Origin: an uncultured bacterium
GTDB lineage: Bacteria > Myxococcota_A > CAZTSL01
Length of the DNA stretch: 64,000 bases
Reading direction: 5' to 3'
NCBI GenBank assembly: GCA_964616915.1
Contig: CAZTSL010000001.1
Span: 8,933-72,932, forward strand
Shown: positions 34,329-44,666 of the stretch, one piece after another
Numbering within the stretch: the stretch's first letter is position 1
Layout of the letters: each line of letters opens with the position of its first letter
The notes under the pieces: model-generated
Database searches by the model: none
Seen by the model: the letters and a program-made list of their open reading frames with translations, nothing else
Told to the model about the DNA's origin: nothing
Made by a program: the position numbers and the translations under genes

Positions 34329-37112
34329 TCACGCGTTTCGTGAGGACGATCCCGGCGTCGGAGAACCGTAATCGATGCCTTCTTCCCGATGGGGGGGGGG
34401 CGCAGGGTGCTCCTGCGTCGGGGGGTACTTGTGGTAGATCACCCGGCGGGGGAAGGGGATCTCGATCCCCCGTTGATCGAAGACCTGTTTGATCCGCCGG
34501 CGCAGTTGCCGTTCCGCTTCCCAGTGCTCCATCGCTTTGACCTTGATGACGAGGCGCAGGATCACCTCCGAGGGACCGAGCGCAATCGGTCCCTGGACCT
34601 TGGGGGGGTCGAGCACGATGTCGGGATGCGTGGCGCAGAACGCCTCTCCAATCTCCTGGAGGGCGAGGAAGGCCTTATCGATATCCGCCTCGTAGGCCAC
34701 GGAGACCTCGACGATCGCGCGCATCCACTCCCGGTTGAAGTTCCCCAGGCGGCTGATCTCTCCGTTGGGGATCACGTGGAGCTTTCCGTTGAACTCTCGG
34801 ATATGGGTGACCCGTATCCCGATCTCCTCCACCGTTCCGGTGATCCCCACCGCCTCCACCACGTCGCCGACCGCGATGCTGTCCTCGAGAACGAGAAAGA
34901 AACCGGTGATGATATCCCGCACGAGTGTCTGGGCCCCAAAGCCGATCGCGATCCCCACGACACTGATTCCGGCCAGGAGCCCCTTGGGGTTGACTCCGAG
35001 CGTGCTCAAGGCGAGAAACCCCGCAACCGTGTAGGTGATATACCGGATCACGCTCTTGAGCAGCGGTCCGAAGGTCGTACGTCGCCGTAGCGAGAACGCC
35101 GACCACGAGATGTCCGGGGAGAAGAAGAGGAGATCGATGAAACGTGTCGTCCAGCGAACGAAGAACACCGATCCGAAGAGGATCATCACGGTCTTGACCA
35201 GACGCCAGAAGACGTTCCTCACCGTATCGGAGGTGATCAATGAAACGATCTGTCTGCTCTCGATCCCCCAGATCGAAAGGGAGAGAAAGAGCATTGCCAG
35301 TGCGATCGAGAACTGGAGGGCATTGACGAGGTACGTCATCCCGACCGTCCTGAGGAATTTCCGATCCAAAGCGAGCGAAAAGGGACTCTGCTCCGCCTTC
35401 CCCGTCGGGCGGAACCGGTCGAAGAAGCGCACCAGGGAAATCGAGAGGAAGAGGAGGACGATCGTCTGGAGGAACGAAGAGAGGAGTTCCGTGGCCTCGA
35501 TGATCTCGTTCCCCAGAAAAAGCGCGAGGACCACGAGCAGGAAGGCCAGGAGACACCAGAAGAGGAACTGGATGATCCCGTTGTAGAGTCGGGCAATGAG
35601 CGAAGGATTCGGCACCTTGAAACGTTCCTGAATCTCCTTCCCCTTGTGCACCAGGATGAAGATCAGGATCAACAGAATCCCGAAGTAGGTCACGTACCGA
35701 TGGGCGAAACGCAACGTCTCCCCAACGTCGTAGAGATCGAGAAGGACCCCGGCTGGAACGACGCAGGCCAGGAAGAGTCCGATCACGAAGAGCCATCCGA
35801 TCAGCGCGCGTTGCATCTGCTGGGGAGCGAACTCGCGAATCAGGGGGGGGCCGAGAGAGAGGAGAAACTGCAACGCCACCGGTGTCGAGAGGAGCGTGAG
35901 GACGAGGAGACGATACTTCTCCGGGATCCGGAAGATCCGCAGGAGAAGATACCCCATCCCAAGGAGCGTGAAACCGAGAAGGGAGCGATTGATCGCATCT
36001 ACGATCTTCGTGAGGATCCGGGCGATACGCTGCGGGAAGATCTTCGAGAGTTCCTCCGGGACACGCCGGGACAGCCACCGTCGGATTCCGATGAAGAGGA
36101 TCACACCGGCGAGGAAGAGGGTGGTCGCCAGATAGAGAGCCCCCCGATTGCCAGGCTTGGAGAACTCGATCCCCCTGCGCATACAGATCTCCCCAAAAAC
36201 CTTCCCCTCCCTGGCAACGAAGCGAGGCAGATGCGCCACGGCCTGGAAGACCTCCTCGATCGTCTTCCCCGTGATCCGTGTCTCCTCCGCCTTGCGGTAC
36301 CCCGAGAGGGTGGCGATCACCTGCCGGAAGAACGCCGCTTCTTCCTCCATCCCCCGCAGCAATGCCTCGAAGAGGGCAAGGCGGCGGTCCAGAAGGACCA
36401 ACCGCCGGCGCAACAGGTCGAGAAGGGGCATCTGGAACTGATGTTGCCCCTCTGTCTGGGCTTTCTGGAGCACCTGTTCCAGATCCCCGATCCGTTTTGC
36501 CAACGCAGCCCGTTCCTGGGCGGTCTCGTCGAACGCTTCTCGGATCCCGGCTCGTTCCGCATCGAGGCGGCTCTGCTGCGCCACGATCCGGTCGATCCGG
36601 GCCTCGATCCCCCGGGCCTGTTCGGGATCCTCGGCGATCTGCTGGAGGAAGGTGCTCAGTTTCGTGGCCTCCTCGATCTTGCGTTCCGCGGAGGCCGACC
36701 GGTAGGTGGCGAGACGATTCTCGAGGTTCCGGTTCTCCGCTTCGAGATTGCGCAGCGCGATCTTTTCCTTGAGGAGGAGGATGCGGTTCTCCAACACCCG
36801 CAGGCGTTGCTGCCGTTCCTCCTCATCGAGCGTTTCCTCGGCGAGTCGTCTCTTTTCCGCATCGAGGGCCGCAATCTCCTCCTCGAGTCGTGCGACTTCC
36901 CCTCCCAACGCCCCATCGCTCGGAAGTTTCGGGCTCCCCTTCCCTCCCGTCAGGAAGAGGCCAGTGAAACCCGCGAGAAGGAGGGGAAGGATCCGCCGGG
37001 ACAAGGCCCTCCGCCATCCCGATCGCTCCCCTTTCCCCTCGCCCCTGACATCCCTCGTCTTCATCTCCCCGTGGGTGGCACCCATGATCCCATCCTCGAT
37101 CGAAGTGTTCAC
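34329..37112 (-). CDS. Large mechanosensitive channel, MscS family (MscK/KefA-like, with N-terminal periplasmic coiled-coil domain)
   Basis: It has an N-terminal signal/TM and ~300 aa of coiled coil, then ~11 TM helices. The MscS pore/beta domain is GFGAQTLVRDIITGFFLVLEDSIAVGDVVEAVGITGTVEEIGIRVTHIREFNGKLHVIPNGEI. Several start candidates exist (MNTS / MGATHGE / MKTRD). Confidence 0.8.
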   Translation of the reverse strand: MNTSIEDGIMGATHGEMKTRDVRGEGKGERSGWRRALSRRILPLLLAGFTGLFLTGGKGSPKLPSDGALGGEVARLEEEIAALDAEKRRLAEETLDEEERQQRLRVLENRILLLKEKIALRNLEAENRNLENRLATYRSASAERKIEEATKLSTFLQQIAEDPEQARGIEARIDRIVAQQSRLDAERAGIREAFDETAQERAALAKRIGDLEQVLQKAQTEGQHQFQMPLLDLLRRRLVLLDRRLALFEALLRGMEEEAAFFRQVIATLSGYRKAEETRITGKTIEEVFQAVAHLPRFVAREGKVFGEICMRRGIEFSKPGNRGALYLATTLFLAGVILFIGIRRWLSRRVPEELSKIFPQRIARILTKIVDAINRSLLGFTLLGMGYLLLRIFRIPEKYRLLVLTLLSTPVALQFLLSLGPPLIREFAPQQMQRALIGWLFVIGLFLACVVPAGVLLDLYDVGETLRFAHRYVTYFGILLILIFILVHKGKEIQERFKVPNPSLIARLYNGIIQFLFWCLLAFLLVVLALFLGNEIIEATELLSSFLQTIVLLFLSISLVRFFDRFRPTGKAEQSPFSLALDRKFLRTVGMTYLVNALQFSIALAMLFLSLSIWGIESRQIVSLITSDTVRNVFWRLVKTVMILFGSVFFVRWTTRFIDLLFFSPDISWSAFSLRRRTTFGPLLKSVIRYITYTVAGFLALSTLGVNPKGLLAGISVVGIAIGFGAQTLVRDIITGFFLVLEDSIAVGDVVEAVGITGTVEEIGIRVTHIREFNGKLHVIPNGEISRLGNFNREWMRAIVEVSVAYEADIDKAFLALQEIGEAFCATHPDIVLDPPKVQGPIALGPSEVILRLVIKVKAMEHWEAERQLRRRIKQVFDQRGIEIPFPRRVIYHKYPPTQEHPAPPPHREEGIDYGSPTPGSSSRNA

Positions 37113-37211
37113 GAAATCGTCCCCGCTCCTTACTCCAAGCCCGGAGCATACCAGAAAAAGATCTGCGATTCCAACGAGTTCGATCGAACCCTACAAAAAT
37201 CCGGTGAAGAC

Positions 37212-37240
37212 TTGACAAGCCGACATCCATCGGATAGGAT
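37212..37240 (+). promoter_or_regulatory. Putative sigma-70 promoter for initiator tRNA
   Basis: TTGACA (37212-37217), a 17-nt spacer, then TAGGAT (37235-37240). It is 47 nt upstream of the tRNA 5' end. Confidence 0.45.
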
Positions 37241-37287
37241 GGCATCATCCTCGGGAGCCACGGTTCCCGCAGGGAGCAACGACATGA

Positions 37288-37361
<74 letters not shown>

Positions 37362-37644
37362 CTCCTCGAAGGGGGGAATCGGCAAAGCGGTTCCCCCCTT
37401 TCGTTTTGCGACGAGGTGAGGATTTTGCCTTTTGCACCTCGCTGTGTTATCCTTCCCCCCGCCCGGCGGGACTCCCCATTCGCTCTCGATTCCCCCGTAC
37501 CCTGCCCGGTCCTCCGCTCCAGCAAGGGAGGACGTGGAAGAGGGGACACCTCGCCGAGCGAAATTCCAAGACCGAACGACCCATCATGGAGGATGCGGTG
37601 GATCCCCGTTTCGATGAAGGGAACCCGCCGCGTAGTGCTGTTCG

Positions 37645-38712
37645 ATGAAAAGAGAAGAGCGTGTGCAGGGAACCTCGAGTTCCCCGCAGAATGTATGGCT
37701 CCACCGTTTCGCGCTGCTGACCGCTGCTGCCACCTTCTGCCTGGTGATCGCGGGGGGACTCGTCACGAGTACCGGCTCGGGACTCGCGGTCCCCGACTGG
37801 CCGCTGAGCTATGGGCAGTTCTTCCCCCCGATGGTGGGCGGGATCTTCTTTGAGCATGGCCATCGCCTCGTGGCTGCCACGGTTGGCGTGCTGACGACGA
37901 TTCTGGCGATCTGGCTGATCTTGAGAGAGGAGCGTCGCGCGATCCGGATGACAGGGATCGCAGCCCTCGGTGCGGTGATCCTCCAGGGCGTGCTCGGGGG
38001 GTTGACCGTGCTCTACCTCCTGCCCACCCCGATCTCCGTGGCGCATGCCTGTCTCGGGCAGATCTTCTTCTGCATCATGGTCACGCTGGCGCTCGTCACC
38101 TCTCCCTTCTGGCGGAGACCCGTCGAGGTGACGGAAGGAACGGAAAGTTCCCTTCCCCTCCCCTTCGTTGCGGCACTGACCACAGGGGTGATCTTTCTCC
38201 AACTCGTGCTCGGCGCGCTCATGCGGCATACGGGAGCGGGACTTGCCATTCCCGACTTCCCGATCGTGGGGGGACGGCTTCCCGATCTCTCCACCCGGGA
38301 AGCCGTGATCCACTTCACGCATCGACTCGGCGCCCTGGCAGTCAGTGGGGTGGTCCTCGCGACATTCCTCCGGGTACGCCGGGAGGGCACGAGATTCCCG
38401 GAGATCTCCCGCACGGCAGGGGGGATGCTCCTCCTCCTCACCCTCCAGGTGCTGCTCGGGATCTTCACCGTGCTGTCGAGAAAGTCGGTGGCGATCACGA
38501 CGGCGCACGTGGCCACAGGGGCCCTGCTCCTGGCCACCTCCCTCCTCCTGACGCTTCTGAGCTTCCGGCGCTTCCCCATCGCGAGGGAGGAGAAGGCCAT
38601 CCGCTCCCTCTGGGAAAAATTGGGGAGGTTTGCCCCGTCGGGGAGGCCGGAGACGAACGCCGAAGGGGATGTGGCACATCAGCGCTACGCAACGGGGAGG
38701 CAACAGGGATGA
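37645..38712 (+). CDS. ctaA: Heme A synthase (COX15/CtaA family)
   Basis: 355 aa and 8 TM helices, with the conserved His pairs (FFEHGHRLVA; IHFTHRLGAL) typical of CtaA/COX15. The stop overlaps the ctaB start. Confidence 0.8.
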   Translation: MKREERVQGTSSSPQNVWLHRFALLTAAATFCLVIAGGLVTSTGSGLAVPDWPLSYGQFFPPMVGGIFFEHGHRLVAATVGVLTTILAIWLILREERRAIRMTGIAALGAVILQGVLGGLTVLYLLPTPISVAHACLGQIFFCIMVTLALVTSPFWRRPVEVTEGTESSLPLPFVAALTTGVIFLQLVLGALMRHTGAGLAIPDFPIVGGRLPDLSTREAVIHFTHRLGALAVSGVVLATFLRVRREGTRFPEISRTAGGMLLLLTLQVLLGIFTVLSRKSVAITTAHVATGALLLATSLLLTLLSFRRFPIAREEKAIRSLWEKLGRFAPSGRPETNAEGDVAHQRYATGRQQG

Positions 38713-39590
38713 AGACGCTCGAACTCTCCGCCCCCCGCCAGACCCTCTCCGCCTATCTCGAACTGACGAAACCGGGCATCTCGATGATGGTCGCGGTGAC
38801 GACGGTCGTGTGCGCGTACATGGGCTTTTCCGGTGACATCGATCTCGTGCGGCTCCTTCACGCCTTTGTGGCGAGCATCCTCGTGGCCTCGGGGGGCAAT
38901 GCCCTCAACATGTTCATGGAACGCGACTCCGACCGCCAGATGCGCCGCACCCGGATGCGTCCCCTGCCGCAGAACCGGATCCACCCGGCAGAGGCGTTCC
39001 TCTTCGGGCTCTCGGTCGCGCTCCTGGGGGCGGCCTACTTCACCCACTTCGTCAACCCGACGACGGGACTCATCTCGGTGATCTCCGTAGGGAGTTACGT
39101 CCTGCTCTACACGCCGCTCAAGAAGAAGACCGAACTCTGCACCGTGGTGGGCGCCGTTCCCGGCGCCCTCCCCGCCCTGGCGGGGTGGACCGCTGCGCGA
39201 GGCACGATCGATCCAGCGGGGATCGTCCTCTTTGCGATCCTCTTCCTCTGGCAGGTCCCCCACTTCTTCGCGATCGGGTGGATCTATCGGGAGGACTATG
39301 CGAACGCCCGAATCCCGATCCTTCCGGTGATCGACCCCCAGGGGGAGCGGACCGCCTTTCAGAGCATCCTCTTCACCGCGCTCCTCTTCCTGGTCAGTCT
39401 CCTCCCCACCCTCCTTCGGATGACCGGGTGGATCTACCTCGTCGGGGCGATGGGACTGGGCGGCTTCTTCCTCACCGCGGCACTCCGCTTCCGGCGAAAC
39501 CGCACGATTCCGGTCGCGCGGAAGCTCTTCTTCGCCTCGATCCTCTATCTTCCCCTCCTTTGGGCATTCATGGTGATCGATAAGGTGTGA
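38709..39590 (+). CDS. ctaB: Protoheme IX farnesyltransferase (heme O synthase)
   Basis: UbiA-family motifs are present: ASGGNALNMFMERDSDRQMRRTRMRPLP and WQVPHFFAIGWIYREDY. Confidence 0.85.
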   Translation: MKTLELSAPRQTLSAYLELTKPGISMMVAVTTVVCAYMGFSGDIDLVRLLHAFVASILVASGGNALNMFMERDSDRQMRRTRMRPLPQNRIHPAEAFLFGLSVALLGAAYFTHFVNPTTGLISVISVGSYVLLYTPLKKKTELCTVVGAVPGALPALAGWTAARGTIDPAGIVLFAILFLWQVPHFFAIGWIYREDYANARIPILPVIDPQGERTAFQSILFTALLFLVSLLPTLLRMTGWIYLVGAMGLGGFFLTAALRFRRNRTIPVARKLFFASILYLPLLWAFMVIDKV

Positions 39591-39697
39591 GGCCGGCTCT
39601 CCTCCCCTGGGAACGACGCGCTTCAAGAGGACGGCCGCTTCCCCGCACGGCCCACGAAGGGGGGGAGGATCATCGAAATCGGAGGAAACGGATTCCA

Positions 39698-40633
39698 ATG
39701 ATCGAAATCGGTGACTTGACCTATCGCTATGGCAAACGGGCTGCGCTACGCGGCGTCTCCCTCCGGATCGAGGAGGGGGAGATCTTCGGGTTCCTCGGCC
39801 CCAACGGCAGCGGAAAGACGACGCTCTTCCGCGTCCTCTCCACACTCCTCTCGTTACAGGAGGGACACGTGCAGATCGAGGGGTTCGATCTGCGTTCCGA
39901 ATTCCGCCAGATCCGCAGAACGATCGGCGTCGTCTTCCAGTATCCGAGCCTCGACCTCAAATTGACGGCACGGGAGAACCTCATCCACCAGGGGCATCTC
40001 TACGGCCTCTTCGGAAAAACCCTCCACACCCGGATCACAACGCTCCTCGAACGCTTCTCCTTGACGGAGCGGGCCGGGGAACGCGTCGAGACCTTCTCGG
40101 GGGGCATGCGCCGCAGGCTCGAGATCGCCAAGGGACTCCTGCACACCCCTCGGATCCTCATCCTCGACGAGCCCTCCACCGGCCTCGACCCCGGCGCACG
40201 CTTCGACCTCTGGGCCTACCTGCGGCAACTGCGGGAGGAAGAGGATCTCACGATCCTCGTGACCACGCACCTCATGGAGGAAGCGGAGCATTGCGACCGG
40301 TTGGCGATCCTGAGCCAGGGGGAACTCGTGGCCCTCGATACGCCCACGGCCCTCAAGGAGGAGATCGGCGGCGAGGTGATCCTCGCCCAGGTAGACGACC
40401 CCGAAAGACTCCTTCCCGTCGTTCGGGAACGAATCGATCCCAACGCCGACCTCATCGATGGGATGCTCCGGATCGAGTGCGAGGCGGCCAGCGCACCCCA
40501 ACGGATTACGGAGATGATGAACGCCTTCGAGGACGAAATCGAAACGATCACGATCCGGAAACCCACCCTGGAGGACGTCTTCATGGAGAAGACGGGACAT
40601 CTCTTCTGGGAGAACGCAGAAGGGGAGGCATGA
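39698..40633 (+). CDS. ABC transporter ATP-binding protein (ABC-2 exporter type)
   Basis: ATG at 39698 (ORF 39587 begins at an upstream GTG). Walker A GPNGSGKTT, signature LSGGMRRRL, Walker B ILILDEPSTGLD and the H-loop are all present. Confidence 0.85.
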   Translation: MIEIGDLTYRYGKRAALRGVSLRIEEGEIFGFLGPNGSGKTTLFRVLSTLLSLQEGHVQIEGFDLRSEFRQIRRTIGVVFQYPSLDLKLTARENLIHQGHLYGLFGKTLHTRITTLLERFSLTERAGERVETFSGGMRRRLEIAKGLLHTPRILILDEPSTGLDPGARFDLWAYLRQLREEEDLTILVTTHLMEEAEHCDRLAILSQGELVALDTPTALKEEIGGEVILAQVDDPERLLPVVRERIDPNADLIDGMLRIECEAASAPQRITEMMNAFEDEIETITIRKPTLEDVFMEKTGHLFWENAEGEA

Positions 40634-40634
40634 G

Positions 40635-41429
40635 ATGAAAGAGACGTTCTGGCTGCCTGCGTTCACGCTCTGCCGCAGAGAACTCGTCCGCTTCTTCCGC
40701 CAGCCCAACCGGGTGATCGGCGCGATCGGTTCCCCCCTCGTCTTCTGGGTGCTCATCGGCGCCGGTGTCGGCCCCACCTTCCAGATGGGCGAAGCGGGGA
40801 GCGATCTCTCCTACCTGGCCTACTTCCTCCCCGGTGTGGTGGCGCTCGTCGTCCTCTTCACCGCGATTTTTTCGACGATCTCGATCATCGAGGACCGCAA
40901 GGAGGGGTTTCTGCAGGCCGTGCTCGTTGCGCCGATCGACCGCTCCGCGCTCGTGCTGGGCAAGTTCCTCGGGGGAACCCTGATCGCCGTGGTGCAGGGG
41001 CTCGTCTTTCTCGTTCTGGCGCCGACCGCGGGGCTCCACCTGACGGCCGGCTCGGTCCTCTTTACGGTCCTGGCGCTCTTCCTCGTGGCCTTCGGGCTGA
41101 CGGGCCTCGGTTTCCTCATGGCGTGGCGGATGACGTCGGTTCAGGGATTTCATGCGATCATGAACCTCTTCCTCTTTCCGATGTGGCTTCTGTCGGGAGC
41201 GGTCTTCCCGATCACGGAGAAGACCCCCGCATGGATCGCCTGGATCATGCGGCTCAACCCGCTCACCTACAGCGTCGAACTCATTCGCCGGGGGTTTCAT
41301 CCGGGGGGTGGTTTCGGAGCGAAATCCCCATCCCTTGCCCTGTCACTTGGACTCTCCATTGCATTTTGCCTCGTCACCTTCACGATCTCCAGCATCATGG
41401 CCGCAAGTCCCGGCGGAGAGATCGGTTGA
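40635..41429 (+). CDS. ABC-2 family transporter permease
   Basis: 264 aa with six TM helices. It starts 2 nt after the ATPase gene stop. Confidence 0.75.
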   Translation: MKETFWLPAFTLCRRELVRFFRQPNRVIGAIGSPLVFWVLIGAGVGPTFQMGEAGSDLSYLAYFLPGVVALVVLFTAIFSTISIIEDRKEGFLQAVLVAPIDRSALVLGKFLGGTLIAVVQGLVFLVLAPTAGLHLTAGSVLFTVLALFLVAFGLTGLGFLMAWRMTSVQGFHAIMNLFLFPMWLLSGAVFPITEKTPAWIAWIMRLNPLTYSVELIRRGFHPGGGFGAKSPSLALSLGLSIAFCLVTFTISSIMAASPGGEIG

Positions 41430-41466
41430 TCCCCCCCTGGCCGGCCTCTCTCACGGAGGAAAGCGG

Positions 41467-42105
41467 ATGAAAGGCCCGAAGATCATCATTGGAGGCTTGG
41501 TCGGCTTCACCCTCTGTGCCCTCGCTTTTTCGATCCTCTTCTACCACTTCACGCAACGCAGGTCGGGCGGCGGTACCCCGGCCCTCCCGATCATGGGCAG
41601 CCTCCCCGACCTCGATGCCACCTTCACCGATCAACTGGGACGGGAGGTCCGCCTGGCCGACCTTTCGGGAAAGACCTGGCTCTGCGCCTTCATCTTCACC
41701 CGCTGCGCCTCCTCCTGCCCGATCATGACCGCCAGGATGGCACAGATCGCGGAGATGTCGAAGGGGATTCCCGACTTTCGCCTCGTTTCCTTCTCCGTCG
41801 ATCCGATCCACGACACACCCGAGGTTCTGGCCCGCTACGCCCGACAGTACGGGGCCGATCCCGAACGCTGGCGCTTCCTCACGGGGGAGAAGGGAGCGAT
41901 CTATGCGCTGGCCCGGAAAGGCTTCAAGCTCGGTGTCGAAAAGGACGATACGACGGAGAATATCGCCACCGCCTTCCTCCACAGCAACCGTTTCGTCCTC
42001 GTCGATCAACGGGGAAGGATCCGGCGCTACTACGACAGCACTGAAGCCGACGTCCCGGAGCGGGTGATCGCGGATATCGGGCGTCTCGCCGGGGAAGGGC
42101 GATGA
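41467..42105 (+). CDS. SCO1/SenC family copper chaperone (cytochrome oxidase CuA assembly)
   Basis: ATG at 41467 after GGAGGAAAG. It has an N-terminal TM anchor, a thioredoxin-like fold with CxxxC (FTRCASSCP) and the conserved His (TAFLHSNRFVLVD). Confidence 0.8.
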   Translation: MKGPKIIIGGLVGFTLCALAFSILFYHFTQRRSGGGTPALPIMGSLPDLDATFTDQLGREVRLADLSGKTWLCAFIFTRCASSCPIMTARMAQIAEMSKGIPDFRLVSFSVDPIHDTPEVLARYARQYGADPERWRFLTGEKGAIYALARKGFKLGVEKDDTTENIATAFLHSNRFVLVDQRGRIRRYYDSTEADVPERVIADIGRLAGEGR

Positions 42106-42527
42106 CGGCCGCCGATCTCCCCACGCTGAACGCCACGTTGAACGCCACGGCGACCCTTCTGCTCCTGAGCGGATTCTTCTTCATCCGCCGGGGGGCGAGG
42201 GAGGCCCACCGGCGGTGCATGATCGCCGCCACGATCGTCTCGGCGCTCTTCCTCCTCTCCTACGTCGTCTACCACGCCGAGGCCGGCTCGAAGCCCTTTC
42301 CGGGCACGGGGGGGGTTCGTCCTCTCTACTACACGATCCTCCTGACCCACATCCTTTGTGCAGCAGCGATCGTCCCCCTCGTTCCACTGACCCTCCTTCG
42401 CGCCCGTCAGGGGCGATTCGAGGCCCACCGGAAACTCGCCCGGATCACCTTTCCGGTCTGGTTTTATGTTTCGATCACCGGGGTGGTGATCTACGTGATG
42501 CTCTACCACCTCTTTCCGGGGAACTGA
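42102..42527 (+). CDS. DUF420 family membrane protein (commonly encoded in caa3-type oxidase assembly clusters)
   Basis: 141 aa with four TM helices. It overlaps the SCO1 stop (ATGA). Confidence 0.55.
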   Translation: MTAADLPTLNATLNATATLLLLSGFFFIRRGAREAHRRCMIAATIVSALFLLSYVVYHAEAGSKPFPGTGGVRPLYYTILLTHILCAAAIVPLVPLTLLRARQGRFEAHRKLARITFPVWFYVSITGVVIYVMLYHLFPGN

Positions 42528-42530
42528 GGC

Positions 42531-44633
42531 TCATTCTTCCGATTCGAGGTCGGTGAGGTCGGTTCGGAGTTTCCGGATACCGGGAACCTCGCCGATCACC
42601 GTGAGGCGATCCCCCTCCTGCAGACGGGTGTCGCCGCGCGGAACGAGGATCTGCCGATTGCGGTGGATGATGGCCACGAGGCACCCATCGGGGAGGGGAA
42701 TGTCGCGGACCTTCCGATCGATCCATCCTTCGGTCCTCGTGCCGTGGCGCAGGACGAGGGAGAGATAGCGCTCGTTGCGCAGGAGGATCTCCTTGAGTTC
42801 CTGTTCGTCGGGTGCCGAACGCCACTCATCGATGAAGCCTTCGTCATCGGCCCGTTCTGCGATCTGGGCCAGGAAGCGGAGGTGCTGCCCCGGATTCTCC
42901 TCGGGGCTGACGAGGAAGAAGAAGGCGTAGATCGACTGATTCGGGGAGTGATCCCCCCAGAACTCGTTGAGGATCTCGACCTCGATCCCATCGACGGCCC
43001 GAACGAGGACGATCTCGGGTTGTTCGATCCCGGGAAGCCGCAGGTGGGGAAGTGCACACCCCGCCTCCACGGGGGTGGCCCCCACCCGGCTCCCCTCCAT
43101 GAACCCCTTGTAGATCGTCTCCGCGGGAACGGAAAGCCGGAGGGCCAACGCCTGGGAGGCTTGCTCGACGATCTGCTCGAAGGACGCCTCCCCCTCGACA
43201 TCGATCACCGTGGCCTCGGCGATCACCCTGTCGAAGGGGTCCTCCTTGCGCAGTCCCTTCTCCTTGAGGATCGTGCGCAACTCGAGATCGAGTCCTTCGT
43301 AGCGCTGCCGGCCGAGCCGCTCGAAGATGTGGTAGATCGCCCCATCGCGAATCACCCGGGAACGAGCATAGGAAAAGTACCAGGCCGTCCCCACGCCGAA
43401 GAGACCCAGACTGAAGAGCATGGGGATCCATCCCATCTGCACGATCAGAAAGAAGGGGGCCAGCATCCCGACGATCTGCATCCAGGGATAGAGCGGCGAT
43501 CGGAACCCCGGATCGTACGACGCGAGCCCACTCTCCCGCATCACGATCACCGCAACGCATTGGAGCGCAAAGAGGATGAGCTGGAAGGAACTGGCCAGCT
43601 TGGCGATCTTCGTGGCATCGAAGAAGAGGAGCAGAACGATGATCGTCCCCACGGAAAGGAGGATGCTGTTGGCGGGAACACCGCGGGCGTTGCACCGACG
43701 CCAGCGCGGGGGCAGGAGGTGATCCCGGCTCATCGCCAAGGGATAGCGCGAGGAACTGAGCACCCCCGCGTTCGCCACGGAGGAGAAGGCAAAGAGCGCC
43801 GCGATCGAGAGGAGAATCTTCCCCACCCTTCCGGAAACCGCCTCCGCGGCTGCCGCCCACGGCGTGAGGCTGCCGTAGAGCTTTGCTGGGGCCAGAATTC
43901 CCACGAGAACGCTCGTGCCCAGAATATAGACGAACACCGCCGTGACCACGGAGAGAATCACGCCGAGCGGCAGATTCCGCTCCGGATTCTTGATCTCCTC
44001 CGAGACGCTGATCACCTTCGTGACCCCGACATAGCTCACGTACACGAGACCGGTCGTGCGCAGGATCGCGTCGAAGCCTCTGTCGAAGAAGCCGGCGTAG
44101 TGGGCCGGTTCGATCCGAAAGATGCCCAGAGAAAAGAACCAGCCCAGGATCGCAAAGAGTCCGAAGAGGAGGAGGACCTGCGCTGCCCCCGATTCCTTGC
44201 TCCCCCGCAGATTGAGGAGACCGAAAACGACGGCGAAGAAGATCGCAAGCGGTACCACCGGCACTTTCGGAAAAAAGAGCCCGATGTAGGCTCCCATCCC
44301 GATCAGCGCAAAGGCACTCTTGAGGATGAGCGCAAGCCAGGTGCCGATCCCTCCGATCGTGCCCATCAGCGGACCCATGCTCCGGTCGAGGAAGAAGTAG
44401 GCCCCCCCCGCCCGAGGCATCGCAGTGGCCAGCTCGATCTTGCTCAAGGTCGCCGGGATGAGCGGAATCACGGCCAGCGCATAGCAGAGGATCATCGCAG
44501 GGCCTGCCTCCGCCGCCGCAATGCCCGGCAAGAGGAAGAACCCGGAACTCAACGTCGCACCGGTAGCCAGGGCATAGACATCGAGCAACCCCAGGGCCCG
44601 CTCGAGGCGCTTCGGACGGGAACGATCGGTCAT
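42531..44633 (-). CDS. APC-superfamily amino-acid permease fused to PTS-EIIA(type 2)-like and TrkA-C (RCK_C) regulatory domains
   Basis: The N-terminal ~12-TM APC core is followed by an EIIA-2-like segment (ATPVEAGCALPHLRLPG) and a C-terminal RCK_C-like segment (RDIPLPDGCLVAIIHRNRQILVPRGDTRLQEGDRLTVIG). Confidence 0.75.
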   Translation of the reverse strand: MTDRSRPKRLERALGLLDVYALATGATLSSGFFLLPGIAAAEAGPAMILCYALAVIPLIPATLSKIELATAMPRAGGAYFFLDRSMGPLMGTIGGIGTWLALILKSAFALIGMGAYIGLFFPKVPVVPLAIFFAVVFGLLNLRGSKESGAAQVLLLFGLFAILGWFFSLGIFRIEPAHYAGFFDRGFDAILRTTGLVYVSYVGVTKVISVSEEIKNPERNLPLGVILSVVTAVFVYILGTSVLVGILAPAKLYGSLTPWAAAAEAVSGRVGKILLSIAALFAFSSVANAGVLSSSRYPLAMSRDHLLPPRWRRCNARGVPANSILLSVGTIIVLLLFFDATKIAKLASSFQLILFALQCVAVIVMRESGLASYDPGFRSPLYPWMQIVGMLAPFFLIVQMGWIPMLFSLGLFGVGTAWYFSYARSRVIRDGAIYHIFERLGRQRYEGLDLELRTILKEKGLRKEDPFDRVIAEATVIDVEGEASFEQIVEQASQALALRLSVPAETIYKGFMEGSRVGATPVEAGCALPHLRLPGIEQPEIVLVRAVDGIEVEILNEFWGDHSPNQSIYAFFFLVSPEENPGQHLRFLAQIAERADDEGFIDEWRSAPDEQELKEILLRNERYLSLVLRHGTRTEGWIDRKVRDIPLPDGCLVAIIHRNRQILVPRGDTRLQEGDRLTVIGEVPGIRKLRTDLTDLESEE

Positions 44634-44666
44634 GACTTCCTTGTCCCTCGTTTCATGCCCCTCCGC

